The position numbers were made by a program, and so were the translations under genes. A stretch of 64,000 bases of DNA. Origin: an uncultured Acidobacteriota bacterium. GTDB lineage: Bacteria > Acidobacteriota > Thermoanaerobaculia > Gp7-AA8. The notes beneath the pieces are model-generated. The model worked only from the letters and a program-made list of their open reading frames with translations. It had not been told where the DNA came from and did no database searches. Location: assembly GCA_963822445.1 (NCBI GenBank), contig CAWGHO010000001.1:1344001-1408000 (forward strand). The letters run 5' to 3'. Position 1 is the first letter of the stretch; each line of letters opens with the position of its first letter. This document shows, one piece after another, positions 8,701 to 19,314 of the stretch.

Positions 8701-11448
8701 TTGACGGACGCTGACCCACTGAATTTTCTTCAGCTCGACGTTGACCTTCACGCCGGGCGTTGCCAGTCCATCGATCGCCGCGGCCACGATCTCCGTGTCG
8801 ACGCCGTTCTTCGCCTCGGCGAAGTACGGCGGACGCTTCACGCCGAGGTACCAGGGCGCGGGATCGACGCGGAACGACGCACGGCCGGCGATCTCCTGGC
8901 GGGTCACGTCCGTGACCACGCCTTCCAGCTGATACACGAATGGCCAGCCCGCGGCGAGCTCGGTATCGAGTGTCAGTTTCAGGTCGCCCTTCGCATCGAG
9001 AGTCGCTTCGTCCGAGGAGATCGCGACCGTTCCCGAGTCGTCACTCCACTCGTGATCGTGATCGAGGAACGCGAAACGATCCGAGGGCCAGCGATCCTCA
9101 ACGCCACGAGGAACGTCCTGGACTTTCACCTTCGTGTAGGTCCAGGCCACCGGTTTGCCGGACATCACGCCGCCGTACAAATAGCGGCCGGCGATGCGGC
9201 CCTGCAGCTCCGTGCCTGCCAGCGTGCTGTTCGAATCGAGCGTCGTATCGACGCGGAAGTCGGGACGGCGATAAGCGGCAACGAGGAAGTCGCCGGTGAT
9301 GTTGCCGCGATGCTTCGCCGACTTCGCGATGATCGTGTACGTGCCGAGCGGCGCGTCCTCGGGAACCTCCCACGTCCAGTCGGCGCTGCTCCACGCGCCG
9401 AGAGTGACGGTGCGCGAGTCGATCACCTTGCCGTGACTGTCGTGAATGGTGACCTCGAGCTTCGCGCCGGGCGCGAGCTTCATCCCATCCGGTTCATCGG
9501 CGCGGACGACCGCTTTCAGATGCACTTCCTCGCCGAGCTTGTAGACGCCGCGATCGACGAACACAGTGCCGCGCAGTTGCGGATCGGCCTCGATCAGGTT
9601 GTAGTTCAGGTCGAAGTTCCACGGGCGGATGCCTTCGTTCCAGTCGCTGCCGATGTAGGCGAGGTCGCCGTCTTTTTCCGCGGTGACGACGAAGTGGATT
9701 TCGCCGAGGGAGTACCACTCCGAGTCGTACATCTCCTGCTGGTTCGGATCATCGGCTTTGGCTTTGGTCCGGCGGAGATCGGTATTCGGCGCGATGGCGA
9801 TGCCGTTCGCGTCCGTCGTTCCGGTCCAGAACTGCTTGTTGTCGCGGCTGCGGATGGTGACCGTCGAACCGGCGACCGGCTTCGCGTCGCTCAATCGCGT
9901 GACCAGAACCAGCGTGTTCTGCGGGCTGTCTTTGACGGAGATGCCGAGGTTCGTGGCTTGAACCAGCGTCGCCTTGACGGTCGGGTCGTAAACCACGGCG
10001 CCGGGAACGGCTTCGCCCGGTTTGACGGCGACCCAGGCCAGTCCCATCCGGTCATCGCCGATGGCCGGTTTCAGATCGAGGCCGATCGCGGCGATCTTGT
10101 CGACAGGCGTGTTCAGTTTCCGCGTCGTCGGCGTCGTCTTCGGCGGCTCGCTGGCGAAGGCGTTCTCGCGCAGCTTCTGCATCGCCGGCAGCAGCTCTTC
10201 GATCTTCAGCGGCGCGAGCCACTGTTTCACGCTCCTGAAGTTGCGCGAATGGAACGGAAGGATCGGACCGCCTTCCGACTCCCACACGCCATGGCCCGAT
10301 CCGAAACTGACGAACGCCGACTTGTGCGTGAACTCGACGGTACCGGTCCAGGTGTAGCCGAGTTTCTGTCCGTCTTCAGCAGTCAGTGATGAGTCGACGC
10401 GGACGCGGTACTTGTGCGCCGGGAGCACCGAGTATCCGAGCTCGTCGAGGCCGAAGCTCCACGACGGATAGTCCTCCTCGCGCTTCACCGTTTTCGGCTT
10501 GAGCACGACTTCCTTCGCCGGGTCGGTGATGTCGGTGACCGTGACCGCCTTGCGGACGTCCTCGAAGCGCACGCCGGAGCCCGCGCGGAAGTTGATTCCG
10601 GTGAAGCGCTCCGGATCGCAGCCCGTCGCGCAATCGAGTGCGTTGACGAAGAAGGTCGGCTCGAGCTCGATCGTGAAGGTCTGCGTTCTGCCCGTGCGCG
10701 CGTGACGCGCGGACTGCGCCAGCCGGTCATCGAGAAGGACGCGGATCCAGGTGTCCGGCGGGACGCCGGGCTTGGTCTCGAGCACGACCAGTTCCTTCGC
10801 CGGCACGAAACGCTCTTTGTTCCACTCGGTGGCGAGGAACGCCAGCACCGGCGCGTCGTTCGAAGCCGCCGCGGCCTGCGCTTTCGCGAGCTTCGCGCTG
10901 AACGCCGTGGTGTCGCCGTCCGGCGGTGCGATTGCCGGCAGGTCGTGGGACTGCGTGCGCAACTGCAGATGTGGCAATACGGCCGCGGAATCGACGGGCT
11001 GGTTGAAACGCAGTCCGATCACCACCGCGCCGTTCTTCTTGCGATACCAGTCGGTGCTGCGCAGCTGGATGGTCGGGGTGGTGAAGCTCCACTGGTAGGG
11101 CTGATCGAGGGTTTTGCCGCTGATCGCTTTCGCCGACTTGTCGATGGTGACGCTGTACTCGGTCGCGAACGGCAGCGGCTTGTCGGGCGTGAAGATCAGC
11201 GTGGTCGTTCCCGACCAGCGGAACTTGCCCGGCACTGCCGGCGCGATTCTGAAGAACGGCGCGACGACCGGCTCGGGGATCTTGCCGAGCACCACCATCG
11301 GCTCGCTGAACACGACCCGCACTTCGTTGGCCTCCGCGAGGCTGGCCACTTCGCCGACAGGACCGGCGCTGACCACACGCAAGCCGTTCGCGGCGAACGT
11401 GGAAAAGGAGACGAACAGGGTGAAGAGCGCGGCAGCGATTCTTTTCAT
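5701..11448 (-). CDS. Bacterial alpha-2-macroglobulin
   Basis: 1915 aa, signal peptide, N-terminal Ig-like region, MG domains (DRGVYKLGEEV, YRRPDF), Gly-rich bait region, intact thioester motif YPYGCAEQ, C-terminal EEMYEPEVFGR. Confidence 0.95.
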   Translation of the reverse strand: MKRIAAALFTLFVSFSTFAANGLRVVSAGPVGEVASLAEANEVRVVFSEPMVVLGKIPEPVVAPFFRIAPAVPGKFRWSGTTTLIFTPDKPLPFATEYSVTIDKSAKAISGKTLDQPYQWSFTTPTIQLRSTDWYRKKNGAVVIGLRFNQPVDSAAVLPHLQLRTQSHDLPAIAPPDGDTTAFSAKLAKAQAAAASNDAPVLAFLATEWNKERFVPAKELVVLETKPGVPPDTWIRVLLDDRLAQSARHARTGRTQTFTIELEPTFFVNALDCATGCDPERFTGINFRAGSGVRFEDVRKAVTVTDITDPAKEVVLKPKTVKREEDYPSWSFGLDELGYSVLPAHKYRVRVDSSLTAEDGQKLGYTWTGTVEFTHKSAFVSFGSGHGVWESEGGPILPFHSRNFRSVKQWLAPLKIEELLPAMQKLRENAFASEPPKTTPTTRKLNTPVDKIAAIGLDLKPAIGDDRMGLAWVAVKPGEAVPGAVVYDPTVKATLVQATNLGISVKDSPQNTLVLVTRLSDAKPVAGSTVTIRSRDNKQFWTGTTDANGIAIAPNTDLRRTKAKADDPNQQEMYDSEWYSLGEIHFVVTAEKDGDLAYIGSDWNEGIRPWNFDLNYNLIEADPQLRGTVFVDRGVYKLGEEVHLKAVVRADEPDGMKLAPGAKLEVTIHDSHGKVIDSRTVTLGAWSSADWTWEVPEDAPLGTYTIIAKSAKHRGNITGDFLVAAYRRPDFRVDTTLDSNSTLAGTELQGRIAGRYLYGGVMSGKPVAWTYTKVKVQDVPRGVEDRWPSDRFAFLDHDHEWSDDSGTVAISSDEATLDAKGDLKLTLDTELAAGWPFVYQLEGVVTDVTRQEIAGRASFRVDPAPWYLGVKRPPYFAEAKNGVDTEIVAAAIDGLATPGVKVNVELKKIQWVSVRQSEGEGFYAWESERKQVDAGKWTVETKATPVPLHIPLAEGGEYLLIATASDAEGRTTTTRISFYAVGEGYTAWERYDHNRIDLIPEKRTYKPGDTARIMVKSPWEKATALLTTEREGVRTSTPFELTSTQQTITVPITEKDIPNIYVSVLLVKGRTQQDPGKDGSDPGKPAFRLGYVELKVEDAAKRLDVDVKANREEYRPATKATIEVNVRDAQGKPSQSEVTLWAVDYGVLSLTGYRTPDVLETIYLDKALQVATGDSRQRIISRRVLTPKGATEGGGGGRDAGPGTLRKDFRVLAFWVGSLVTDAKGRAKTEVTLPESLTTYRIMAVAADKQSRFGGADSEIRVNKPLMLTPAWPRFLTVGDKAHFGGVIHNQLTKGGKATVSIESLDPHILELKGTTTANVAPKTPLEVRFDAVAKSVGVARVRMRVAMGRETDAMEDVIPVSVIVSPETVAAYGEANPRAEEKLDLSTDVVPGFGGLRVDLASTAMVGLSEGARYLVEYPYGCAEQRSSRALALMLVTDLGAEFNLSGIEPGKNKVAVQTSLSELENFQCGDGGFAFWPGHCDHPSSPFLTSYVVHVSQRGAKLGYTVDKAMLERAYTFLDTHLGEPKPTNEGWMPAYASWQAFAIKVLAEGGRNADSHFNRVYEYRDRMPVFGIAFLADALIAKGEKTGARITDLKRRITNAVLPEGGHAFVNELSDPYLLWFWNSNIRSTAIALGTLVRHGSDEELVKRMVRWLMKVREDGRWGNTQENAWAMEALVDYYKKYEATVPDFIGTVNWGGETIATETFKGRSTVAKSKGFSMADLLRRPGTSSIVFQREGVGTLFYMLRLRYARNIMGLKPLDAGFQVERAYAIDGANSTPKTTFKAGDLIKVTLRIRNTKERRYVAVTDPLPAGTEPVDSWFATTASALVEQQQNATAASGWMWWERGGWDYVERHDNRVNVFATRLGEGNHEFTYLVRATTAGTFVTPPTHVEEMYEPEVFGRTGTVTVEVQK

Positions 11449-11536
11449 GCGGCGTGCAGTGTATGCACGTCGCCCGTCGCCGCGCGTGACGGCCGTTAGG
11501 AATTGTGAGGGCGCGATTGTGGCGGCCGAGTGTCCT

Positions 11537-11607
11537 GGTGTGGTGTAAGCCTCCGGCCTGCCTTTCGATCCGCCGCTCGAAGGCAGGCCGGAGGCCTACA
11601 CCACACC
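11537..11607. repeat. REP/REPIN-like inverted doublet, copy 1
   Basis: ggtgtggtgtaagcctccggcctgcctt ... aaggcaggccggaggcctacaccacacc; contains the stop codon of the adjacent GGDEF-EAL gene. Confidence 0.85.
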
Positions 11608-14600
11608 TGTCGCCGGCTCCGGCCGCCCGTACAGAAACCCCTGCACTTCCTCGCACTCCTGCTCGCGGAGGAAGTTCAACTGCGCCTCGGTCTCCACGCC
11701 TTCGGCCGTCACCGCCAGGTCGAGGCCATGGGCCATGGCCACGATCGCCGAGACGATGGCCCGATTGCTTCCGCTGGCCTCCACGGCCTGCACGAACTCC
11801 TGATCGATCTTCACGCGATCGATCGGGAATCGCCGCAGGTAGCTGAGCGAGGAGTGGCCGGTGCCGAAGTCGTCGAGTGCGATCCGGACGCCGAGGGCTC
11901 GCAGGCCGGCCAGAGTTTCGATCGTGCGGTCCGTGTTTTTCATGGCCGTGCTCTCGGTGATCTCCAGCTCGAGGAATTGCGGCTCGAGACCGGTCTCCTC
12001 GAGCACGCGCGCGACGACTTCGCACAAATCGCTCTGCTGAAACTGTCGCGGCGACAGATTCACGGAGATGCGCAGATTCGGATATTTCTCGCGCTGCCAC
12101 GCCTTTGCCTGGCGGCAGGCTTCGCGGAGAACCCATTCGCCGATCGGAACGATCAGACGAGTCTCTTCCGCGACCGGGATGAAGCGCAGCGGCGAGACGA
12201 GCCCATGTCCGGGACGATTCCAGCGCAGCAGCGCTTCCATCCCCGCGACCTGAAGCGTGTCGAGACGGACCTGCGGCTGGAAGTGGAGAACCAGTTCGTC
12301 CCGCTCCAGCGCGCGGCGCAAGGCGTTTTCGATCGACAACCGTTCCGCCGCGCGGCTGTTCATCGCCGGCGTGCAGAGCTGGTACGAATTGCGGCCCGCT
12401 TCCTTGGCGCGATACATCGCGCTGTCGGCGTTTTTCAGCAGTGCCTCGGCGGAGTCGCCGTCGTTCGGAAAAAGGGCAATGCCGATACTCGTCGTCACGT
12501 ACAGCTCGTGCCCATCGACGGAGAGCGGATGGCTGATCGTCTCCAGAAGCTTCTGCGCGATCTTCGCCGCGTCGTCGGTCGAAGTCAGATCGCCGAGAAG
12601 AACGGTGAATTCGTCGCCGCCCATGCGCGCGATGGTGTCGCCTTCCCGCAGGACCGCTTTCAGGCGCGCCGCGACCGCGCGCAGCAGCTCGTCGCCGAGG
12701 CTGTGGCCGAGGGTGTCGTTCACGTACTTGAAGCGATCGAGGTCGAGGAACATCACCGCCAGCGGCGTCTTCTGCCGCTTCGCGTGTGCGAGAGCAACGG
12801 TCAGTCGATCGCGGAACAGCAGGCGGTTTGGCAACGCCGTCAACGCATCGTGGTAAGCCTGATACTCGATCTGTTCCTCGGCCTCCCGCCGCTCGCTGAC
12901 ATCGCGCGAGACCGAGACGATCTCCTGCACCTGGCCGTCCTCGTCGAGGAGCGCGCGGCTGGTCGTCTCGAACCAGATCTGCTGGCCGTCCTTCCGCCGC
13001 GCGCGATAGCTGTAGGTTCGCGGTGCGTCGTCGCGATCGAGTGCGCCGGTCGCGCGGCGGATGATGTGGTGATCCTCCTCGATGACGACGTCGAACACGG
13101 AGTGGCCGATCAATTCCGACGGCTCGTAGCCGAGGAGCATGCGCACCGCGTCGGATGCGTAAACGAATTTGCCTCGCGCGGTCGTACGGGAAATGAGATC
13201 GGTCGAGTTCTCCGCCATCAGCCGGTAGCGGGCCTCGCTGTCGCGGAGTGCGTTCTCGGCCAGCTTGCGGTCCGTGATGTCGATGACCGTGCCTTCGAGA
13301 ATGCCACTTTCGAGCAGATGGACGCTCTCCAGCAGCCACACCGGCCGCCCGTCCTTGCGGCGCAGACAGATCTCGAGGCTCTGTGCGCCGCCATGCTCGC
13401 GGATGCTGTCAAGGAAGCGTGACCGCTCGGACCGGTCGTAGTAGAGGTCCTGGGCGCGATGCTGCAGCAGCTCTTCCTTCGAATCGAATCCGAGCATGTT
13501 GGCGAACGCTTCGTTGCACTCGAGGATCCGGCCGTCGAGCGTGTTGCGGTAAACGCCGGCGAGGTTGCGCTCGAAGAGGAGGCGGTGGCGTTCTTCGCTC
13601 GAGCGGAGCGCGCGGTACGTGCGGTTGCGCTCGAGCGCGCTGACGAAGATCTCGCCGGCGATTCGCAGCAGGGCGATCGTTTCGCTCGACCACAGAACCT
13701 CCGCGGTCAGGGAACTGCAGCCGACCGAGCCGATGAGCTTCTTCTCGAGCTTCATCGGCACGAAGGCGGCGCTGCGGATGCCGAGGCGCTCGAAGAGGCG
13801 GCGCTCGTTCGCGGCTTCGGGAGGGAAATCATCGAAGCCCGCAAACTCCACGTTCTGCCCTTTTTCGAGCCGCGAGAACCACCAGGGATAAGCGGCCGCC
13901 GGGAACTCGGGATAGACCGGTTTGCGCAGATCGAAGCCGGGCGCGCTCCATTCGTGCGTCAGCCGGCAGCTCAGGCCATCGTCGGAGATCAGGACGACAT
14001 GACAGCGCTCCGCGCCGACAAATTTGCCGACCGAGGCGAGGGCTTCTTCGATGCCCGCGTCGACTTCGGCGGGATCGAGGTTGATGAAGCGCGTGGAGAT
14101 GCCGGCGATGAGCTTCTCGAACTCGACGCGATGGCGGAGCGCCTCCTGGGCCTGGCGGCGATCGGTGGCATCGACGGCCATGGCCACGAGGTCGGCGATG
14201 GAGCTTGCGAACGCTTCGTCCTCGGTGGTCCAGTGGCGCTGCGGGCCGACGTGCTCGAAGCAGACGACGCCGATCATCTGGCCGAGGCGGCGGATGGGGG
14301 CGTCGAGCATGGAGGTGATGCCGAGAGGGACGAGGTAGGCGTCGTTGAATGCGCCGGTTCGCGGATCGAGGCGGGCGTCGTGCGCGGTGATGGTTCGCTC
14401 GGTCTCGAGTGCTTTGAAGTAAACCGGGTAGCCGGCCGCGGTCAGTTCGGTTCCGCTGGAGTGTTCGCGCGCGGATTGCTCGTAGACGTTCGCGCAGCGG
14501 AGTGCGCGGCGATCGGCGGTGAAGAACCAGATCCCGACGCGCTCGACCTCGAGCGTCGGCGCCGCGGCCTCGGTGACCTCGCTGAGGGCCTGATTCAGAT

Positions 14601-14739
14601 CGCCGGAGTGGATGGAAGCGCGGCGGGTCAGATCGACGAGAACCGCGTTCTGCTTGCGCACCCGGCGCTCCGCTTCACGGAGAAGCGTTTCGACCCGCGC
14701 ATCCATGCGGTTCGAGGGGAAGAATGGGGAATCTGACAC
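11596..14739 (-). CDS. Diguanylate cyclase/phosphodiesterase (GAF-GAF-PAS-PAS-GGDEF-EAL)
   Basis: Intact MGGDEF, MEALLRW and DDFGTG motifs; two GAF-like and two PAS-like segments upstream. Confidence 0.93.
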   Translation of the reverse strand: MSDSPFFPSNRMDARVETLLREAERRVRKQNAVLVDLTRRASIHSGDLNQALSEVTEAAAPTLEVERVGIWFFTADRRALRCANVYEQSAREHSSGTELTAAGYPVYFKALETERTITAHDARLDPRTGAFNDAYLVPLGITSMLDAPIRRLGQMIGVVCFEHVGPQRHWTTEDEAFASSIADLVAMAVDATDRRQAQEALRHRVEFEKLIAGISTRFINLDPAEVDAGIEEALASVGKFVGAERCHVVLISDDGLSCRLTHEWSAPGFDLRKPVYPEFPAAAYPWWFSRLEKGQNVEFAGFDDFPPEAANERRLFERLGIRSAAFVPMKLEKKLIGSVGCSSLTAEVLWSSETIALLRIAGEIFVSALERNRTYRALRSSEERHRLLFERNLAGVYRNTLDGRILECNEAFANMLGFDSKEELLQHRAQDLYYDRSERSRFLDSIREHGGAQSLEICLRRKDGRPVWLLESVHLLESGILEGTVIDITDRKLAENALRDSEARYRLMAENSTDLISRTTARGKFVYASDAVRMLLGYEPSELIGHSVFDVVIEEDHHIIRRATGALDRDDAPRTYSYRARRKDGQQIWFETTSRALLDEDGQVQEIVSVSRDVSERREAEEQIEYQAYHDALTALPNRLLFRDRLTVALAHAKRQKTPLAVMFLDLDRFKYVNDTLGHSLGDELLRAVAARLKAVLREGDTIARMGGDEFTVLLGDLTSTDDAAKIAQKLLETISHPLSVDGHELYVTTSIGIALFPNDGDSAEALLKNADSAMYRAKEAGRNSYQLCTPAMNSRAAERLSIENALRRALERDELVLHFQPQVRLDTLQVAGMEALLRWNRPGHGLVSPLRFIPVAEETRLIVPIGEWVLREACRQAKAWQREKYPNLRISVNLSPRQFQQSDLCEVVARVLEETGLEPQFLELEITESTAMKNTDRTIETLAGLRALGVRIALDDFGTGHSSLSYLRRFPIDRVKIDQEFVQAVEASGSNRAIVSAIVAMAHGLDLAVTAEGVETEAQLNFLREQECEEVQGFLYGRPEPATGVV

Positions 14740-14800
14740 GGCCAGGACGAGTATCGACCCGAATTGAAGCCAAGGGGGAGTTATTTCCGTATAACCGATT

Positions 14801-15460
14801 GTGCAAAAGCTGACGTTGTTCGCCGCCTCGCTGATCGCGCTTGCGATCGGCCTGGCAAAACGGCCGGAGCCGCGGCCGGCCGCCTCCGTTCCGCGTCACG
14901 TGGCGATCATCGGCGACTCGGTCGCTCGCGGTGCCGGAGACGAGTCGCGTCGCGGTATCGGCGGGTACCTGCCGGCGAGCGTGGCGGTCACGAACCTCGG
15001 CATCGATGGCGCGGGAACGAGAACCGTGTTGCGGCACCTGACGCGCTCGCACGTGCGCGCCGCTCTCCGGCAGGCCGACGTGGTCATCGTGTCGATCGGC
15101 GGGAACGACCTATTCGGCGATTCGCGAGTGCGGCTTCTGTCGACCGTGGCGCCGCGGTACGCGATGTGGCGCGCCGACGTGCGCGTTCGCCGGGTCGTCG
15201 CCGCGATCCGGCGTGAGAACCGGCGCGCACGTGTGTATGTGCTGGGTCTGTACAACCCGTACCGCGCGGCGTGGCTCGATCAACACATCGCGCGCTGGGA
15301 CAGCCGGCTGATCGGCTCTTTCGCGGAGTGGCGAGGAGTGGCGGTGATCCGGATCGCGGATCTGCTCGAACCGCCGCGGATGCTCAGCGCACTGGATCGC
15401 TTTCACCCCTCGGCGGCCGGTTATCGCGGGATTGCGGAGAGGATTTCGGCGGGATGGTGA
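14801..15460 (+). CDS. SGNH/GDSL-family lipase/esterase, exported
   Basis: [15 protein letters not shown] and DRFHPS blocks. Confidence 0.88.
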   Translation: MQKLTLFAASLIALAIGLAKRPEPRPAASVPRHVAIIGDSVARGAGDESRRGIGGYLPASVAVTNLGIDGAGTRTVLRHLTRSHVRAALRQADVVIVSIGGNDLFGDSRVRLLSTVAPRYAMWRADVRVRRVVAAIRRENRRARVYVLGLYNPYRAAWLDQHIARWDSRLIGSFAEWRGVAVIRIADLLEPPRMLSALDRFHPSAAGYRGIAERISAGW

Positions 15461-15463
15461 GGT

Positions 15464-15525
15464 GGTGTGGTGCGGGCCTCCGGCCTGCCTTTGGTGGGGG
15501 GCAGGCGGGACGCCTACACCACACC
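15464..15525. repeat. REP/REPIN-like inverted doublet, copy 2
   Basis: ggtgtggtgcgggcctccggcctgcc ... ggcaggcgggacgcctacaccacacc, between convergent genes. Confidence 0.8.
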
Positions 15526-15537
15526 GGGGGCCGTGCC

Positions 15538-16299
15538 CTACACCGTCTCCAACGGATACACCTTCACATTCACCTCGCGCGCGTAGTGCCGCAGGCCGAT
15601 CGCATCGTGGCGCTTCACGCCCGCCGCCCAGATGAGCGTTTCATCGAGCTCCAGCACCTCCGCGCGTTGCACGGGGTAGGGCTGGTGGTGGACGCGGGCG
15701 CGGTGCAGGCGGCGCTGCTCGTCCTCCGAGTAGAGGATGTAGCGCTCGACGAGGAAATGCTCGATCGTGCCCGGCGAGGCCGCGGCGGCAGGACCTTCGA
15801 TGGCCTGGTAGCGGATGTGGGCGTGGGCGGGCATCGGGCCGCGATCGTCGTCGCGGCGCGAATGGAAGCCGATCACCGGCAGCGCGCCTTTGCTGGTCTC
15901 GAAATCGATCGCGGCGTGGAAGTACGCGAGCTTGTACGCGGCTCGTGCGGCCGCCACAGCGACGGTGCTCGATGCGTCGAGGCTGAAGAACCAGACGCCG
16001 GGATCGCGGCCGCCAATGTGGACGTAGGTGCGGACGTTCACCTCGTGAAAAGACGAGATCCAGGGAAGCGGCGGCGTGCCCACGGGGCGGACACCGGTCA
16101 GGGTGAAGGGGACCAGGCCGATGTACGCCTTCCCTTCGAACGTGTCGACGGTCAGACCGGCCGGTACGAGGGCCTGCAACTCGGCGTAGGGAACTTCCCA
16201 GTGCAGGAAAAGCAGGTGGTGCCAGTTCTGATGAAGGAGAACGGGTTGATCGGGCTCGAGCGTCGGGGTGATGCGATCGATTGGGTCGTGCCGGTGCAT
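15538..16299 (-). CDS. DUF2071/YqjF-family protein
   Basis: QNWHHLLFLHW, DTFEGKAYIGLVPF, FHEVNVRTYV, PGVWFFSLDA, FLVERY. Confidence 0.88.
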   Translation of the reverse strand: MHRHDPIDRITPTLEPDQPVLLHQNWHHLLFLHWEVPYAELQALVPAGLTVDTFEGKAYIGLVPFTLTGVRPVGTPPLPWISSFHEVNVRTYVHIGGRDPGVWFFSLDASSTVAVAAARAAYKLAYFHAAIDFETSKGALPVIGFHSRRDDDRGPMPAHAHIRYQAIEGPAAAASPGTIEHFLVERYILYSEDEQRRLHRARVHHQPYPVQRAEVLELDETLIWAAGVKRHDAIGLRHYAREVNVKVYPLETV

Positions 16300-16304
16300 G
16301 GACC

Positions 16305-17033
16305 CTATTCGAAGACTTCGTACTCGGCGACCGGGAGCTCCGTAGGCGGGGTCCAGCGCCAGGTCTCGAAAACGTGGAGGTCGAACAGCAGCAGGAAGAC
16401 TTCACTGGACATGTGCCAGCGCGCCTGCAGGCCGTCCAGCAATCCCCGCTTCGACTCTTTGATCACGTGATCGAGGCCGTAGATCACGGTCTGGATCTGC
16501 TTGAAACCGGCGCGGGCGCAGAAGCAGTTCAGGGCCGCTTCGATCTTGAATTTGGCCTGGTACTGCGGCGGAACGGTCTCGAAGACCTCACGGCGCATGA
16601 CCCTGATGCCCGAGAGCACCGGACCGCACTTCAGCTTCAGATGGAAGAAGTTCGGAATCGGGCCGCGGTTGCGGACGCCGATGTTCATGTCGCAGCGGCC
16701 CGAAAGGACCGGCGTGATCAGCTCTTCGATGTGCTTCTGGGTGACGTTGTACATGTCCCCGTCGCAGAAAAAGAGGATGTCGTTCGACGCGTTGGCAACG
16801 CCGACGGCCATGGCGAAGCCCTTGCCGTGGTTCTCGCGGAGAGCGATGGTCTTGACTCCCTCGAACTGGCGGGCGATCTCGACCGTGTCATCGACGGAAC
16901 CGTCGCTGACAACGATCACTTCGCCGATCAGCGGGCTGCTGGTGAGCGCACGGAGGACGGCAGCAATCGTCTTCTCCTCGTTGTAGGCCGCGACTACGGC
17001 AGTGATCCTCAATCGTGTCTCCTGGCGAGCCAT
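16305..17033 (-). CDS. Glycosyltransferase family 2
   Basis: AAYNEEKTI, VVSDGSVDDT, NHGKG, DxD motif (CDGD). Confidence 0.9.
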   Translation of the reverse strand: MARQETRLRITAVVAAYNEEKTIAAVLRALTSSPLIGEVIVVSDGSVDDTVEIARQFEGVKTIALRENHGKGFAMAVGVANASNDILFFCDGDMYNVTQKHIEELITPVLSGRCDMNIGVRNRGPIPNFFHLKLKCGPVLSGIRVMRREVFETVPPQYQAKFKIEAALNCFCARAGFKQIQTVIYGLDHVIKESKRGLLDGLQARWHMSSEVFLLLFDLHVFETWRWTPPTELPVAEYEVFE

Positions 17034-17115
17034 TTCTGTCGTGGGGGAGGCAGTGCAACCGGTGCACCACGGCGGGGGATTCTACCTGACACGCCATTTG
17101 CACTGTCCCGCTCGC

Positions 17116-17619
17116 GTGAAAAAGACCCTCACCGTCGGAACGCTCCTCGCGGTTCTCTGCCTCGTCGCGTCCCTCATGAGCCTCACCCTCTCGGGATGTG
17201 GGCTGGCCAAGGCGGCGCTGAACATCGAGAACCCGCGGTACTCGATCCGTGACATCCGGCCCCGGGTCGACATCGCCATCCCCCTGTCGGCGTCCACGAT
17301 CGACGTCGACTTTGCCATCGAAGTGGACAATCCGAACTCGGTCGGCCTCCGGCTGGACGAGATCGACTTCGACCTCTTCATCAACGACACCCGCATCCTC
17401 GACGGGATCAGCCAGCAGCGCATCAACATCCCGGCGAACGGCCGCGGCGACATGCGCCTGCGCACGACCATCGGCTACGACAACCTCCGCTCACTCTGGG
17501 GAGAGATCGTCGGTGCGATCCGCGGCGAGCGCGCGAAATACGAGATTCGCGGCAACGCCTACTACGACACGCCGATCGGGAGACTGCGGTTTCCGGTGTC
17601 GGTGTACTCGACGAGGTAG
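17116..17619 (+). CDS. LEA_2/WHy-domain lipoprotein
   Basis: GTG start, lipobox LSGC, VDNPN motif characteristic of LEA_2. Confidence 0.8.
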   Translation: MKKTLTVGTLLAVLCLVASLMSLTLSGCGLAKAALNIENPRYSIRDIRPRVDIAIPLSASTIDVDFAIEVDNPNSVGLRLDEIDFDLFINDTRILDGISQQRINIPANGRGDMRLRTTIGYDNLRSLWGEIVGAIRGERAKYEIRGNAYYDTPIGRLRFPVSVYSTR

Positions 17620-17621
17620 CG

Positions 17622-17690
17622 GTGTAGTGTGGGCCTCCGGCCTACCCTCGGGCGGGGGAACCAAAGGTAGGCCGGAGGCCCACACTACAC
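17622..17690. repeat. REP/REPIN-like inverted doublet, copy 3
   Basis: gtgtagtgtgggcctccggcctacc ... ggtaggccggaggcccacactacac: perfect arms with a GTAG tetranucleotide, between convergent genes. Confidence 0.88.
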
Positions 17691-17694
17691 GGGG

Positions 17695-18072
17695 TTAACT
17701 CACATCCCTGACCACGGTGATCGTCTGCGCGACGTACCGTCCGTTGTCGTTCACGCCGCGTACTTCGATCTCGTCGCCGCGCTCGAGGTCGGCGACGTTG
17801 TACTGATTGTTCTGGTACACGACTCTGGTGTTGTTGTCGTAGTAGATCGAGCCGCGCTGCCCGCCGTTCGTGTTGCGCAGGTTGTTGATGTAGCCGACGT
17901 CCAGATCGATGCGACGCGCGCTCGTGTCGATCCCCGTGACCGTCCCGCGAACGTCCGAGGGCTGTTCCTGTGAGGGGCTGCCGAGAATGATGCTGCCGAG
18001 GTCGCCGAGACTGCCGCCGGTGCCGCAGGCGCCGATCAGGAGTGCAGTCAGGGCCAAAGTTGCTATTCGCAT
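17695..18072 (-). CDS. Small lipoprotein with OB-fold-like (DUF5666-like) domain
   Basis: MRIATLALTALLIGAC lipobox; VRGTVTGID...DLERGDEIEVRG. Confidence 0.7.
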   Translation of the reverse strand: MRIATLALTALLIGACGTGGSLGDLGSIILGSPSQEQPSDVRGTVTGIDTSARRIDLDVGYINNLRNTNGGQRGSIYYDNNTRVVYQNNQYNVADLERGDEIEVRGVNDNGRYVAQTITVVRDVS

Positions 18073-18114
18073 AAAGTGCTCCTTCAGCCACAATCAAGAG
18101 CAAGGACCGAGCCT

Positions 18115-19314
18115 TTGACCGACGACCGCAAAGCACGTTTCGCAATACCCGCGCTCGCCAGCATCTTCTATTTTTCTCAGGGATTTCCGTTCGGCATCGT
18201 CAACGAGACGGTCAACCTCTACCTCTCCTTTGCCAAGGTCTCCCTCCCCCAGATCGGGCTCATCGGCAGCGTGGGGATCATCTGGACGCTGAAGTTCCTC
18301 TGGGCTCCGATCGTCGACACGATCGCCACGTATCGAGCCTGGATCTTCGCCGCGCTGCTCGTCCTTGCCGGCTCGTTCGCCGCCCTCGGCACGGTGCGCC
18401 CGGCCGGCGGCGCGTTCGTGGCCGCGCTGATCGTCCTCGTCTTCGCGTCGGCAACGCAGGACATCGCCATCGACGCCCTGGCCATCCGCATGACCCCGCC
18501 CAACCTCCTCGGCCTGGTCAACTCCGCGCGGGTGGCCGCATATCGCGTGGCGATGATCGTCGCCGGCGGCGGCGTTGCCGTCATCGCCGACCGCATGGGC
18601 TGGCGCGGCGCGTTCTACATCGCCGCGGCCGTGCCGCTGATCATGCTCGCGGTCATCGCCTTCGCCGCTCCGCGCGAATCCGACCAGCGGCAACGCAACG
18701 AGAATCCCTTCCGCAGCCTGCTCGAATGGGTGAAGAAGCCCGGCGCGCTGTGGCTGGTCGCGGTGATCCTCCTCTATCGCATGGGGGACAACTCGCTGAT
18801 GGCCATGATCCGGCCGTACTGGGTGGAGCGGGGGTTCAGTGCGACCGAGGTCGGGAACGTGACCACGACCTTGGGGATGATCTGCACCATCGCCGGGGCC
18901 ATCGCCGGCGGCGCGTTCGTCACGCGCTTCGGCGTGTATCGCGGCCTGCTCGTTCTGGGCATCGTGCAGATGCTCTCGAATCTCGCCTATGCCTATGTCG
19001 CGTTCACGACCGCGGGCCGGCCGTTCATGTACGGCGCGGCGGTCATCGAAACGTTCTGCGGCGGACTGGGAACCGCGGCCTTCCTGTCGTTTCTGATGTT
19101 CATCTGCGACAAGGACAACGCCGCGACCGAGTACGCGATGCTCAGCGCGCTCTTCACCGTCGGCCGCACTTTCGCCATCGCCATCAGCGGCTACGTCGCC
19201 CAGGACCTCGGATTCGCGAAGTACTACCTGCTCACCGCGGCGCTGGCCATTCCCGGGCTGGCACTGTTGCCGCTGATCCGCGAGCGACTGCATGCGCCAT
19301 CGCATCTTCGTTGA
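18115..19314 (+). CDS. ampG: AmpG-like MFS muropeptide permease
   Basis: YFSQGFPFG, WTLKFLWAPIVD, SATQDIAIDA, ATEYAMLSAL; multiple TM helices. TTG start inferred. Confidence 0.82.
   Translation: MTDDRKARFAIPALASIFYFSQGFPFGIVNETVNLYLSFAKVSLPQIGLIGSVGIIWTLKFLWAPIVDTIATYRAWIFAALLVLAGSFAALGTVRPAGGAFVAALIVLVFASATQDIAIDALAIRMTPPNLLGLVNSARVAAYRVAMIVAGGGVAVIADRMGWRGAFYIAAAVPLIMLAVIAFAAPRESDQRQRNENPFRSLLEWVKKPGALWLVAVILLYRMGDNSLMAMIRPYWVERGFSATEVGNVTTTLGMICTIAGAIAGGAFVTRFGVYRGLLVLGIVQMLSNLAYAYVAFTTAGRPFMYGAAVIETFCGGLGTAAFLSFLMFICDKDNAATEYAMLSALFTVGRTFAIAISGYVAQDLGFAKYYLLTAALAIPGLALLPLIRERLHAPSHLR

Noticed and set aside
8059-13422. Long antisense or alternate-frame ORFs (e.g. 8059-10389 +, 10727-13339 -, 11530-13422 +)
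   Set aside because: Shadow ORFs expected at high GC; Arg/Ala/Gly-rich with no motifs, overlapping well-supported genes.
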